This document shows positions 15,166 to 28,056 of a stretch of DNA of 64,000 nt, piece after piece (positions within the stretch are counted from its first letter, which is position 1; every line of letters starts with the position of its first letter). The position numbers were made by a program, and so were the translations under genes. The notes beneath the pieces were generated by a model. It saw nothing but the letters and a program-made list of their open reading frames with translations, did not search any database and was not told where the DNA came from. Source of the stretch: the human T2T-CHM13v2.0 reference genome, Homo sapiens; assembly GCF_009914755.1 (NCBI RefSeq), contig NC_060942.1; one strand, given 5' to 3'.

Positions 15166-17046
15166 GCCAAACCTCCCCTCTAAAATGTTTTGTCTTCCTT
15201 GAGTTCTTATGGCTGCTTTACCTGCAATCAAGAGACAGAGAGAGACATTCTGTGTTTCTGTGTGTGAGAAATGGCACAGGGGCAACTAGAAGTTTTAATA
15301 CCTTCCTGTAGGTGGCAGGTTGCTGCTCTCTCCTTCAGAACCCCGCTCTGAGGAAAGCTAAGGAAGAGAACAGGACGTCTGAGTGTGTGACTGAGGTAAA
15401 ATGTTGTATATTTTTCACACTTTAAAATCAGATGTAGGATTCAAATAAACTAAAATAATTTAACACTCAAATTTTTAAAACTTCTGAAGGAGGCTGGGCA
15501 CATTCCATATTGGGCATTCAAAGAGTATTTTCCACAGCATACGAGGCACTCTCAAAGATACAAAAGTAAACACACTCTAAATTAGGACACAAAGAAAAGA
15601 TGGAAGATGGGAAATTCAAGGTGGAAAGACATAAATGGCAACCAGAAATAATAGTCATTGTAGATCTGGCAGTTCCCCAACCAAAGCAGACAATCTGAAA
15701 GAAACCTAAGGTTATTTATACCTGCTGAGGATTTACTCTACCCAGTGATTAAACCTCCAGGACACACTAGATAAGTCTAGAAGAGCTTTAAGACTTCAAG
15801 ATTTGTGTTTTCTTAACCTTGCTGTTTCTTGTCCTTGGTTCTGCATGAAAAAACTCATCTCTCCACAGTTCCAAGGAATAATTCCAAAAATAAATGTAGG
15901 CATTTGCTTGAACCAGGACATTGTGTCCCCAGTTTTCTTTCCGAAGCCTACAGGATGTACGAGTTGCTCTTGAAGCCTGTCTGCAGCACAACAAATCCAA
16001 GTTCTGCATTTGCTCCCCAGCTGAGTGACTGCACTGGGCAAAGCTGCACTTAACAGATAATACCCATGGGGGAACTGCTGGGTGAGGAATTTGTAGTGAA
16101 AAGCACTGACAACAGCTTGAGATTTATTTAGCACAATTTATTTAGTTCTTCATTCAGAAGAAGTAAAATTCCATGCATGAGGTAATGTATGCAAAAGTGC
16201 TTTAAACTTGAAGTGTTAAAGCAGTACACAGTTGTTGGGGGCTCTGATGTGAGAATGGCCAGCCTGTTCTCTGGTTAGTCTGGAGCTAATTCCTTCAAGA
16301 ATCACAGGTCAGAAGTGTTGCATTGTGGCCCCTTGTTCAGTCTTGGCAAAAACTGAGGGAACATGGCAAAGTGGGAAGAATATAGACCTTGGAGTCAGAT
16401 TTGGGTTCAAATATAGTAATTTTCATGGCTCTGGGACCTCTCTGTGTCCATATGTCCTCATTTGGATAACCCAGTTGTCAGCTGGGACTTCCTAGCCCCT
16501 TGAGGGCTCACATAAAGTTGGCTCAAACCAATTCGAACCCTTTTCACCACCTTTGGGAATACTGGAGTTACTGTCCCCTAACCTGTTATTCCTCTCACCC
16601 TAATATCTATGCACATTGTGTTCTCTTTTCCCCCTTTATCAAATTGCAAGTGAAACTCTGTCCCCTCACTGGTGACCACCAAAGAGCTCACTCATGTTGG
16701 TGTGTCCAGTAACTTCACTGAAGGTTTGGGGTTGGCAAGGACTGGTGTGGGGAGGCTCACAGCCTTTGATGTCTCTCCAGAAACCTCTATCTGCTTTTTT
16801 CACCCTTCACATATGCCTCCAGATAGTTTCCTAGGAACACAAATATTTTCCCTCTTACTATGCAGAGAAATTTAGCTCTCTTCTGTTCTTGTTCCAAGTT
16901 TTCATACTCAAATGCATCAAGATGCCCAGAACAAAGGGTCTTCCAATGGCCTCCTCTGAAAGCAAAGCTATAAATAGAAAAAAAGGGTTATCTGTTATCT
17001 TTTGAAAATGGTGATAATTTCTACCTTGCTATTTTTCAAGATTTGT

Positions 17047-17346
<300 letters not shown>

Positions 17347-17489
17347 AAGATTTGTGCGAATTTTAGATAAAAGGGATATACAATACTTTGCACAAAGTAC
17401 AGCACATAGCAAGTGCATAATGAAGAAATGATGATGATGATGATTCTGTATTGGGTAGCCAGTGTTTGCAGTAACTGTACTTCTTTGAG

Positions 17490-17670
17490 TATCACTTATC
17501 ACAATTATAATTAATTATTTGTGTAATCATCTCTTAATGTATGTCTCCCTGAAGTTCCCTGATGGCAGAAACTGTTTCTGTCTTGTTTACCTGTGTGTCA
17601 CCAGTGCCTTGTACAGTGCCTGGCCCACATATTTAACTCTTTATTGTATTAATGAATAGATAAATGGTCA
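17490..17670 (+). mobile_element. L2 3' end
   Basis: gatggcagaaactgtttctgtcttgtttacc...cagtgccttgtacagtgcctggc...aatgaatagataaatgg. Confidence 0.7.
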
Positions 17671-18686
17671 AATGGAGAGTGTTAAATGTGGAGAGTTTTT
17701 CTTTCTTTACAGTTTTAACTTTATAGGGGAAAGAAGTGACAGGGCAGGTGAGGGATGGTGAAAACTCTGAAGATGTTGGAACATTGTCAGCTGTCTAAGT
17801 GTTTGGGAAAGATTAGCAGAGACTCCATTTCTTTATTCACTCATTCTTTCTGTGCATTTTCTACTCTCACCACCAAATCAGTCTCCTCCCTATCCAAGTT
17901 CCATTTATTAGTATCCCTGAAGCTGAAAAGAAAAGAGAATATTTATTTGCCTGTTTCCACACTGTCTCACTAACACCATGATCATTACATTTTCAGACTA
18001 GTCCAGTGAAACCTACCTTACCCATAATTTATTTGAAGTAGTTTATTTTTCCCCCTAATTTTCTTCATGGCAGGTATTTTGTTTTTCAGCTAACTTGTTG
18101 GATTGCCTACTAATCTAACTTTAGTGTTATAGCTTTTTCTGAAGAGGACAATGTGCTCTGTGCTGTAATGAAGCTTGTAAATTAACTCTAGGAATATAAC
18201 TCATTCTTATACAGCAGAGTCACCTGTATATGCCAAGACAGCGTGATCCAAAGCAAAGACACTGGATTTGCAGTCACCTTCCTCTGCGATCCTCCTTTAC
18301 TTATCTAAAATGAGAAGCCTGGGCTAAAGAAACAAATGTCAAACAGTAGCAAAGGATGCAACCTGGACTGAGCTGGGTTCTATTCTCCTTCCCTGTGAGA
18401 GCACCTCCCTGCTTACGTTTTAGAAGCTTGGCTCAGGTTATGGAATTCATTTGAATTTTTAAAAATCCATGGCAAAAATAAAAATCAGCAAGCTGGAAAA
18501 GACATTCTTCTATAATCCCAAGCAAAGAAAATTAAATCACACAACAAATATTTTCTAAGTCTAAAGTGCTATGTTAGTAGGAATATTAGATAAAGCACAT
18601 GAGGCTCAGTTAAATTTCAATTTCAGATAAATGGTGAGTATTTTTTAGTGTAAGTGAGTCCTATTCAACATTTGCGATATACCTGT

Positions 18687-20850
18687 TGTTGGGGTTCTGA
18701 CAGCTGCTAAGTATGTCTATGCCAATTATGCATTCTGGCACTGGGGAAATGACCACAGGATGAGTCCGGGGATCCTCTGGACTCACTGTAAGTCAGACCT
18801 GAGATAAAACTCCATTAATTACCTGACCTCCATAAGTCCCTATTTTAACTGGAGGACCACAGTGACGTTTTGGGTCCCCTGCAATCAATGTCAGCTCAGA
18901 GCCAATGTCCAGTAGTCCCCGAAATATCTGATCACTTCCCTTTCCCCAGTGCACAGTTACCCTGGTTAAAGGCTGGAGGTCTCCTTGGGGAAGAATGGGA
19001 GAAAGATTCACTGCATAAATTGTCAGTAATGTAGTGGGGTCTTTCCTCAAAAGGAGCCAGCCTCCCCTTCATTCGAAGGCTTCTGGGTCTGCAAACTGGC
19101 TCAAGTCTGGAAATTGATTGAGGGGCTGTGATTCTCTGGTTTTATAATTCAAATTAGTCTTCTGTCCATTCGACCTAGAAGTTTTCTTCTTGTATAAATT
19201 AAGTAGGAATGCAGTAGGCTTCCTATCAGTTTCACTTCTAGGAACACCGTGATTAATTAGCCAATGCCAGAGTGCTACACAAGTCAGATTATTCTGATTG
19301 CAGGTCTGCTTCTGCTGTCCATTATGGTAGCTATGCCCACCGTGCCTTTGATGGTTGAGTGCCAACTTGGACCCTGCCACCTTGGGATCCAATTATTCCC
19401 ACTGTATTTAAATTTTATAATTGAGTGACTGCGGTTACCACCATTAGATCTGACATACAGAGAAGAGCAATTACAGAGCTCTTCAAAGATGCAGGTGCTG
19501 CCCTCACAAATCTATTTCACAAGGCATTGGTCAAGGGTATATCTTCTGGACCCTCCCAGCTGTGATGAGTAGGTCTAAAGTGACTAATCCACTCCACCAT
19601 CCCAATCTCCCTAAGCCTTTGGATCCCTTCCTTTATGTTAAACCAAGGGAGATCAGGCATTTCCAGCTCACTCACAGTGGGCCTCTTTTAATCCATATTT
19701 CAGCTAACCAAGCAAATAAACTATTAGAATATTTTTTAACTCCCTGAGCTGCAACATTAAAGGCAGAGTTTCTACTTAGTGGGACCAAATTAATAAATTC
19801 AGCCTGATCCAACTCTATGTTCCTTCTATCATTATCCCACACCTTTAAAATCCATTCCCATGCCTGTTCTCCAGATTTTTGTTTATATAAATTGAAGAAC
19901 TCAAGCAGTTCTTTTCAAGTGTAGAGCACCTCCTCATGGGTCACACTCTCAACCTCACCTCTAGGGGCTGCTGGGATTTTAGTCTAGTTATAGGTCTAGA
20001 AGCAAACAGAGGTATTGAGGGTGGCTCCTCAGGAGAATCAACATTATCTTGCTTGACAACTGCCTCAGGAGAGTCACTGTTGCCTCAGGCAGTGCAGGGT
20101 TTATCTCTTCAGACAAAGGTCGAAAGGCTGATGGCAGTATGGGTCAGGGAGGGGATGTTGACTCTACTGGGGATGGGAAAGCTCTTTCTTCTGGCAAAAA
20201 AAAGGTTCATCAGAGTTTACAAACTCAGTGTCCTCAGTTTCATCAGAATCTTCCCACACATCCCCATTCCAAGTTGCAGGGTCCCATTCTTTTCCAATCA
20301 ATGCCCTCACTTTAACAGTAGTCACCTGGCGAGGCTGTGCATGCATCTTTCATTGCAGGTCAGCCACTTGCATGATAAGAGCTTGTCTGTTTTTCCACAA
20401 TTTCAGCTCTTTCTCTACAGGAGATAAGACTCTCATTCAGGGCAATCTTAGCAGATTTGAGGCTCAGTGTCTGCTTCTGAAGCTGGGAGACAGAATCCCC
20501 CAGTTCATCATTTTCTTTCAACACTTTGTCCACTGAAGTTAGAAGTAACCAACCAGCTTCATTATGTTCCTTTATTCTCCATATATGGTCAAAGGTATTA
20601 TGTATAGAGTCACCAAACTCCTTGCCTCTCAGGAGCAGTGAATCAGAAGTGTCAAATGCATTTATTTTGCATAACTCTCTAAACAGTTCACACCAAGGAC
20701 TATCAGTGTTCTCCATACTATTAGAAGTAGAGTCCTTAGCATTTTGTGGTCTAATCATATTAAGCAGCCAACTCCAGAAGCCTCAAAACCAACGAAAGAA
20801 CTCCATTCTTAATATTCTGTTCCTCTAGAACCACTCCTGTTACCAAAATC
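18687..20850 (-). mobile_element. HERV-L internal region (gag and protease remnants), truncated before pol
   Basis: Minus-strand ORFs 20360-20758, 20164-20346 and 19069-19392 resemble ERVL gag; 18793-19050 has a protease-like LLDIGSELTLI (D-T-G altered); several frameshifts. Confidence 0.88.
20831..20845 (-). promoter_or_regulatory. HERV-L primer-binding site (tRNA-Leu)
   Basis: The minus strand reads TGGTAACAGGAGTGG just inside the LTR, one mismatch from the complement of the tRNA-Leu 3' end (TGGTACCAGGAGTGG). Confidence 0.75.
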
Positions 20851-21263
20851 TGTATTAGTCAGGGTTGTCTAGAAGGACAGAACTAATAGAACATATATAT
20901 ACACACACATACACATATATATATACACACACACACACTCACATATATATACATGTGTAAGGAGAGCCAGTCCAAGTCCCAAAACTGAAGAACATGGAGT
21001 CCGATGTTTGAGAGCAGGAAGCATCCAGCACAGGAGAAAGATGTAGGCCAGGAGGCTAGGACAGTCTCTCCTTTTCACGTTTTTCTGCCTGCTTGTATTT
21101 GCTGGCAGCTGATTAGATTGTACCTACCAGATTAAGAGTGGATCTGCCTTCCCCAGCCCACTGACTCAAACGTTATTTTGGCAGCACCCTTGCAGACACA
21201 ATCAGGATCAATAGTTTGTATCCTTCAATCCAATCAAGTTGACACTCAGTATTAACCATCACA
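20851..21263 (-). mobile_element. MLT2A LTR (5' LTR of the HERV-L) with internal (TA)(CA)n tract
   Basis: tgtattagtcagggtt...caatccaatcaagttgacactcagtattaaccatcaca, TG...CA termini. Confidence 0.92.
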
Positions 21264-21529
21264 CCTATACTAAAAAACTGTTTGCCAAGTGTGGCAACCT
21301 TATATGCCAGGCTCTTAGGGACTAAAGGATGTGCATTATAAACCAAGAAGAGCACGAAGACATTTTTTAATGGATTCTTTTGCTGTTGATTTTCTTTTAT
21401 TATTATTATTACCATTAGTTCATGTGGCTCTTTGCAGTTCATTGCATTATTTCATTGCCTGGCCTCATGTTGCAACACATTATCATTCTGTGGACCAGCC
21501 AGAAGAGGCAGCTTTCCCTGGACCTAACA

Positions 21530-21690
21530 TTTTTATTTTCATTTTTAGTTCTGGGGTACATGTGCAGGATGTACAGGTTTGTTACATAGGTAAACATGTG
21601 CCATTGTGGTTTGCTACACCTATCAACTCATTACCCAGGTATTAAGCCCAGCATGCATTAGCTACTTTTCCTAATGCTGTCCCTCCGCCA
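21530..21690 (-). mobile_element. Short L1PA (about PA8-10) 3'UTR fragment
   Basis: Antisense L1 3' end (ggggtacatgtgcaggatgtacaggtttgttacataggtaaac); flanking direct repeat acctaac. Confidence 0.85.
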
Positions 21691-24600
21691 ACCTAACTGT
21701 TAAGGTGTACTCTTCACATAAGGTGGCTAAAACAGTGCATGAGAAGCTAGCCATTTCCTCACCTTCATCTCCTTTTGTTATCTCACACAGGATCCTCACC
21801 CAACTCACCCCCAGAGACACCACTTCTTTTGACTTTACTACTTTTGGAATTTATTTCTCATTCAAAAATTGAAGCCAATAGTGTTCGAAATGCATAAAAT
21901 ATACCTAGAGGACGTCTATACCATGAAGTTGGAAATTCTAGTTCAATGCCCTCCACGTGAAGAGCTCTCACAAACACTAATGACTGAGTACTGTAGTTTG
22001 TAGCTGCACCTTCAGATTAGCTAACACTGATAAGTATTATAAAGGAGAGCAATACCACATTAAACTCTGAAATGTTACTTTCCCTAATGAGTACTCACAC
22101 ACTACACATATGTATGCGTGCACTATTTGTCATTTGTTTCCATTTTTTAGAGATTTCATTTCTAAAAGCTGTAGGAGAATCTTTTCAAATGAATTATATA
22201 TGAACCATAATTAATATGAATAAATCCGCTCATGCAAAACATTTCAGGATGTACATTTCCCATTTATATTATCACCAAAGGAGGAATTTCATTATTTTTC
22301 ATACAGCTATTTTGTCATGGATCTTAAAATGGAGTCACAGATAAGAAGAAAAAATGGAAGATTGTACAGACAGAATCAAATTCCAGGTTCTAAAACTAGT
22401 AGGGTGGACAGCGAAGATAAAGTCAACTTTATAAAGATAAAAATCTCAGTATTCTGAAATTTAAGGCCTCATTTAAATGCCTTGAACTTCTTAGGATTAA
22501 AAGACATTTGCCCAGTGTGTTCTTGGGATATTCAAAATTGTGCATTAAAATAAACGTGATATTATGAACCTCCAAAAAGTGTTCATAGTACATTTTGGCC
22601 AAAAACTGTGTGAATCAACCAAGTCATTTGAGCATAGGTCCTGTTTAAAAGTAATGATGCAAAATTCAGTAATGAATTTTGAAAACCTAAAAATAGTCTG
22701 TCTTGTTCTAGAAATGACAAAACCTGGGGGATAACTTTGTTCTCATTCTTCATATAATTTGATCTTCCTGCTTTGCCACAGGGCATCAGTTTTGTGAGAA
22801 AGGCACATAGTGCAGGCAACATTTCTCACTTGGTATGGCTTGGGAAGAATGGGCTTCCTTCAAAACCAGGGAGTAGTGAAAGTTCATTTGTATTCATTTT
22901 TAAACAGATGTATAGTGAAAGTATTAGTATTCTAAGGATATTTGGATTCTTTGAAAATATTCAGTTATCCAAAATTAATAATTTGGGGCTTAACTGAAAC
23001 AGAACGGTATATTTTATACATAAAAGGCTATCTTAATCATCAAAGGAAGAACTAGCTAATATGTATTAAGGAAATTGAGGCAAGCTGTACCTATGAAGGC
23101 TGTTATCTAAGTTCAAATCCACAAACAACATATAGTTTAAATTGTGAAATGATATATGTGTACAAAATTACTTTGTAAAGTGATTGTGAAGCCTCACCTA
23201 AGCGAAATAGTAATTATTTCTTCTAAAGACGGTCTGGTTCTTGCCACATTTTTCTGTCTCTTAGAAATATATTTGAAGCCATAAGGCTACAAATGAAAGA
23301 GTTCTCTCCTTTTCTTTCTAAGTAGTTCACTTAGCTCCAGCTGAATCATCTGTATAGTGTCCTCCCTCTTATGATGCATACAACCAAGGGATGCTTAGAG
23401 AAAGGGAGCCTCCCAATTCTTGGGAATAGGCCTCGATGTGTGAATTCTCACTTCCAGCCCTTCCAGGTCAAATCTTCCAAGTCTTTAGTCGCTCTCCCTC
23501 TCCGATTCATCCTGTGTGTTTACCGTTGGATTCATATTCTGTAATTACTGCTTGCATTGTTTAAGTCCTGTGCATAGGAGTCTTCGCAGAACTCTTTGTT
23601 TCCTCCACTATGAAGTATAAGCCACGTGACCCGGCTGTAGTCAGTGTAGTGCTCCCTAACTTCACTCATTTTAGGCACAAGTGGCACTAATGAACATCAC
23701 AGAGACACGCCTTCATGAAACCGACAGTCCTATGAATAAAACAGACACCAACAAAAACAATTTCATGAAGATTTTATGACAATTGCAAAAACTGTTAGAC
23801 AATTATGGGTATATTAGAGTATATACTAGAGTATATTAGAGAAATTCGGAAAAGCTGCCCTGTGGTAGACATGCCTATTGGAACTAGCCAGGTTTGGGGC
23901 TGAGAGGGGTTAGGATATCTATGAAGAGAAAAAGAGAATATTCCAAGCAATGGGATCAGCAGAAGCAAAGGCCCTGAGGCACATATGAGTGAACACAGAG
24001 ACATGGGCCTGGGGGCCAGGTGGCTTGGACATACAAAGCCACTTTAAAGATTCGGGACTTCAAATTAAAGGCAGTAGGAAGTCCATCCTGCTTTTACTTG
24101 CCATTCTCTCAAAAAGCATCTTAGTTGACCCCAGAGGCCATCAGACACAACACGCATGTCTACTATAAATTAGCTCATGTAATATGAGCTGCAATAATAG
24201 AAGCATAATATCTAAACAGAGGAAGGTACACACAGTACAGGCCCAGCTAGCAAGAATATTCCAGGAGCCTCAGAAACAAAGCAACATAGTATGTTTACTT
24301 TGTTTAAAACAAAGATGCCCATATTGGCTTTTTGCCATTTAAAACATGATTTACTAAAAATCTAGATTACCAAGCAAACCAGGCTGAGTCCAGCTTTGAA
24401 GCTGGGCTGGAGGCCACCCTCCTTCTACTCCTTTCTCTTCACCCTGTTCCCTCTGCACCTCGGTCTCTTTATCCTCTTCTTCTATCTGCCGTCCCGATGT
24501 GACAAATCTCTCCCTGTGCTGTGTTCAGGGTTTAGGATGTCTGATAGAGGACAGCGCGTGACGGTGAGGAATGCCAGTCTGCTTAGTCATGCCTTTTTGC

Positions 24601-24762
24601 ACACCTCTGGAGTTTTGTGCATACATAGCTAACAGTCTGGAGCTGCACATTAATGAAGGATTAGTGCAGAATGCATGCCTAGAGAAAGTTTCCGAGATCA
24701 TGTTGCAAATCACTTTTGACAAGTTTTGCAGAGAAAAGCTGCATAATTCACTTGAACTGTTT

Positions 24763-24970
24763 TTACAACTTTTATTTTAGATTCAGAGGGTATATGTGCA
24801 GGTTTGCTACCTGAGTATATTGTGTGATATGATGCTGAGATTTGGGGTGTGAATGATCACCCATGTACTGAACATAGTACCCAAGAGTTAGTTTTTCAAC
24901 CCTTTCTCCCCTTCCTCCCTCCCTGCTCTAGTAATCCTGTTTCTATTGTTGCACACCATGGAATACTACG
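24763..24970 (-). mobile_element. L1PA15/16-like 3'UTR fragment with an 18-bp 5' inversion
   Basis: Antisense 3'UTR 24763-24952, then sense L1 sequence acaccatggaatactacg 24953-24970; TSD cttga(a/g)ct(g/t)ttt at 24751-24762 and 24971-24982. Confidence 0.82.
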
Positions 24971-26408
24971 CTTGAGCTTTTTAAACTAAAATATGCCTGG
25001 CTGATTCTCTGAGATTAGGATATAAGTGGGATTTATATTAAAAATAAACACATTTGTCCTTCTTTAAAAGTGACATATTTAAAAACTTAAAATAATTATC
25101 ATTTTCTTTTTGTTTGGAGGTGCAAGGTCTAGTTCTTTTTCTTTTCTTAACTCTCACAAATAGTCTTCCCCTCACAGACCTCCATAAGATATTGGCATAA
25201 TCCTCAAGTTTGGACAAACAAAGGCACATCATACTTTTAAAAGCTTTGTCATTCAAAAGTCTCATTTGCTTGCCTGCTTTGCAGACTATTAATGGACCTT
25301 GGGGAATAAAAACTGAAGTTTAAAACATTTCCAGACAGATGTGCCACAGAGCAATGATTTGCTTCCTTGAAAGGACTTCTGTGGACCCTTGTAATTATGA
25401 CAATCACTTGCAAACTCCAAGTCTCTCATTCCTCACCTCCGCAATCCCTGACACTCCATATTCATTTCATGATAGGCATTCTAAAGTGTTTTTTACACTA
25501 GAAGGAGGAACTGGCTCAAAGAAATAGATCTCTAAATCAGAAAACAGAAAAACATCTCTAACCAGGACCCCAAAATGTTAAATTCTGGCTTTGGCTTTGC
25601 TGTTTCACTAGGCAGCCTTGGACCTTTTGCTTGACTTCTGAGTTTCATTGTTCTCATCATGTGACAATGCAAAGTAGGGAACAGTAGTACAGATACCTAT
25701 TACTAGAGGAGAAGTAATGGTGAGAAACTTCTTGGTGTGACTCCATTATTCACACACCATTCTTGTTTGCCCTGACGTGTTATGCAGGTCTGGCTTTTAT
25801 TTGAGATGTCCTGACCTTATATAAGAGATAGGACTGATTCAAGTTTCAAGCCTAATGATGTAACACCTCTCAGCTGGAAGGGAGCATCTCTGAGATTGAT
25901 TCCTACACTGTGGGAGTTCCAAGTATATATTCATCACATATAATAAACTTCCTAAGTCCCAGAATCCCTTTCGCCACCTTTTGCTAGCTTTTATAGGACA
26001 GTTTTTTAGTAGTTATTTCTTAATCAGTGTCTTATCATTTCCAGGTAGTAGTTTAGACTCATTAAGCCTTTGAAGTTACTGGTGCTATTAAGTGCATCAT
26101 TGCTCTGTGCATTGAAGGACAGTGAAGTGGTGGCTGCTTGTCTGTGTGCCCAGAACCATCAGGAAATGGCTTGAGTACCCCCTGGGAAAAAGGCTTTGTT
26201 AAAAAGGAACTGCTTGTTCACTCTGGGACACTTAGCCTTCTGCTTATTAGTCCTTTTGCTGTGTTCTTACCAGGTTGAGGGACACTTCTTTCCATAAATG
26301 CAGACACTGAAGCTGGAATCTGGAACATGTGTTTTCAGTATTTAGAGATCTGCAGAGTGGACACATACTGGCACATCACAAGCATGATTGTTATGGTCTC
26401 AAAAGTGT

Positions 26409-26671
26409 GGGAGGATCTCCCAATCCCAAGAGTTTTGAGAGCAGCCTGGGTGACATAGTGAGACCTTGTCTCTATGAAAAAACTTTAAAAAATAAAAATT
26501 AGGGCATGATGGTGCACGCCTGTGGTCCCCATTACTCGGGAGGCTGAAGCGGGAGGATAATTTGAGCCCAGGAGGTCAAGGCTGCAATGAACTATAATCA
26601 CACCTCTGCACTGCAGCCTAGGTGGCAGGGTGAGATGCTGTCTCAAAAACAGGAAAAAAAAAAAAGAAAAG
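26409..26671 (+). mobile_element. AluJ, 5'-truncated
   Basis: J-type diagnostics (catagtgagacc, gagcccaggaggtcaaggctgca); flanking aaagtgt repeat. Confidence 0.85.
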
Positions 26672-28056
26672 AAAGTGTCCACAGTAGTGTTAATGCTTTT
26701 TGGCTGCAAATATTTTGTTCATGTGCCACAGTCTTATTTTGTACCCTGGTGACTGTTTCTAGCAGTGTGTTTGTGGAGTGGAGGTGATTTGAGGCACAGG
26801 CATCATGAATCAGAGGAGCATGATGTATGTGTGGGTATTTTTATTTGTTCCATTTACAAACTCTAACTTGGTGGAATTATAATACAAAAATTAACTTTGT
26901 GTTCTCGTTCTCTGCGCAGGTCCATTTTCTACATAATCGTATTGTATATCACTTTGTCCTTTATATTATAGTAAGAATAACATAACATAATAAAAGGATG
27001 TGATATTTTAATCAGGTTAATGTAATTCACTGAGGTACTGGCTTTGGGGGATCATAAAGTTCCCAGGAGCAGGCACTTTATTTTCATACCCTTTGGCTAG
27101 CTAGCTACTTTTATGTTTCGTAATATTTGAACTAGAATAAGCAGGGTATCCTCCCATTCAGGCAGTCCTTGATATGTGGTATTGGGGTTACAATGATTCT
27201 TCTATCATGATAGCCACATATGTGGGCTGATATTTTAATAACTTCAAAATAATCTTTGCTATATTTACCTCTATTAAATTTGTTCATATTAATTAAGCAA
27301 TCAGAGCTAACTAAATATATTGACACTTAAATGGTTTCAGAGTGTAGCCTAGCTAATTCTCTTCAGGAAACTCGAGATTCAAAAGCTTATGTCAATGGTA
27401 ACTTTATGTCCAAGGATTTCATCACCAATCCTTTGGAGCAGAATATTCCTGGAGCCTAGTTGCTACAGTGAGTCCTGTGTGAGCCCTCTAGATATCTTCA
27501 AGAAGTACTGAGATCCAAAGTACTCAAATTTGAGTTTCTGTTTTATGCTGGCATTTATCAGATATGCAAGAAATATTCACTAATATTTATATCTGATATT
27601 AGTCAATATATTAGTCAGTACTTATCTGATATTGGTCAATTTATTAAATATTGAGTAATATCTGATACATAATAAATAATAGTCAAATATTAGTATATAA
27701 CAATATGATGAAGAGGCTACAAGTTGGACCAAAGGTCAGTTAGACTGACGTGAGTTCAAATTTGAGTTATTTAAATTTGAGTTCTTTAAATTTCACTTCT
27801 CTAAGCCTGAGTTTCCTCATCTACAAAATGAGGATAATAACACCAACTAACTTGAAGATAAAATTAAATAATTAAAATTAGGAATCACAGTAGGCCTGTC
27901 TAAAGGATATTTAGGAGGTAGTAGAGTCTAAGGAGGATTAGGGAGGTAGTGCAGCCTGATGGCTAGGAAGCCTTAGGAGAGACTTCTTAAGTACAAATCC
28001 TGGTTCTCTGGCTACCTGCAATGTGATCTTGTGAAAGTTTCTTAACTCTTCTCAGT

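Larger units (their letters stand above)
18585..21300. mobile_element. MER53 (palindromic hAT MITE) split by HERV-L: left part 18585-18686, right remnant 21264-21300
   Basis: cagttaaatttcaatttcagataaa...ttttttagtgtaagt...gatatacc on the left continues as ctatactaaaaaa...tttgccaagtgtggcaacc on the right, matching the recalled MER53 consensus. Confidence 0.7.

Noticed and set aside
18585-18686. miR-1302-like hairpin from MER53
   Set aside because: The second arm is displaced by 2.6 kb and largely deleted, so no pre-miRNA stem can form.
18793-20758. HERV-L gag/protease as a domesticated gene
   Set aside because: Split over several frames; the catalytic D-T-G motif reads D-I-G; pol is absent.
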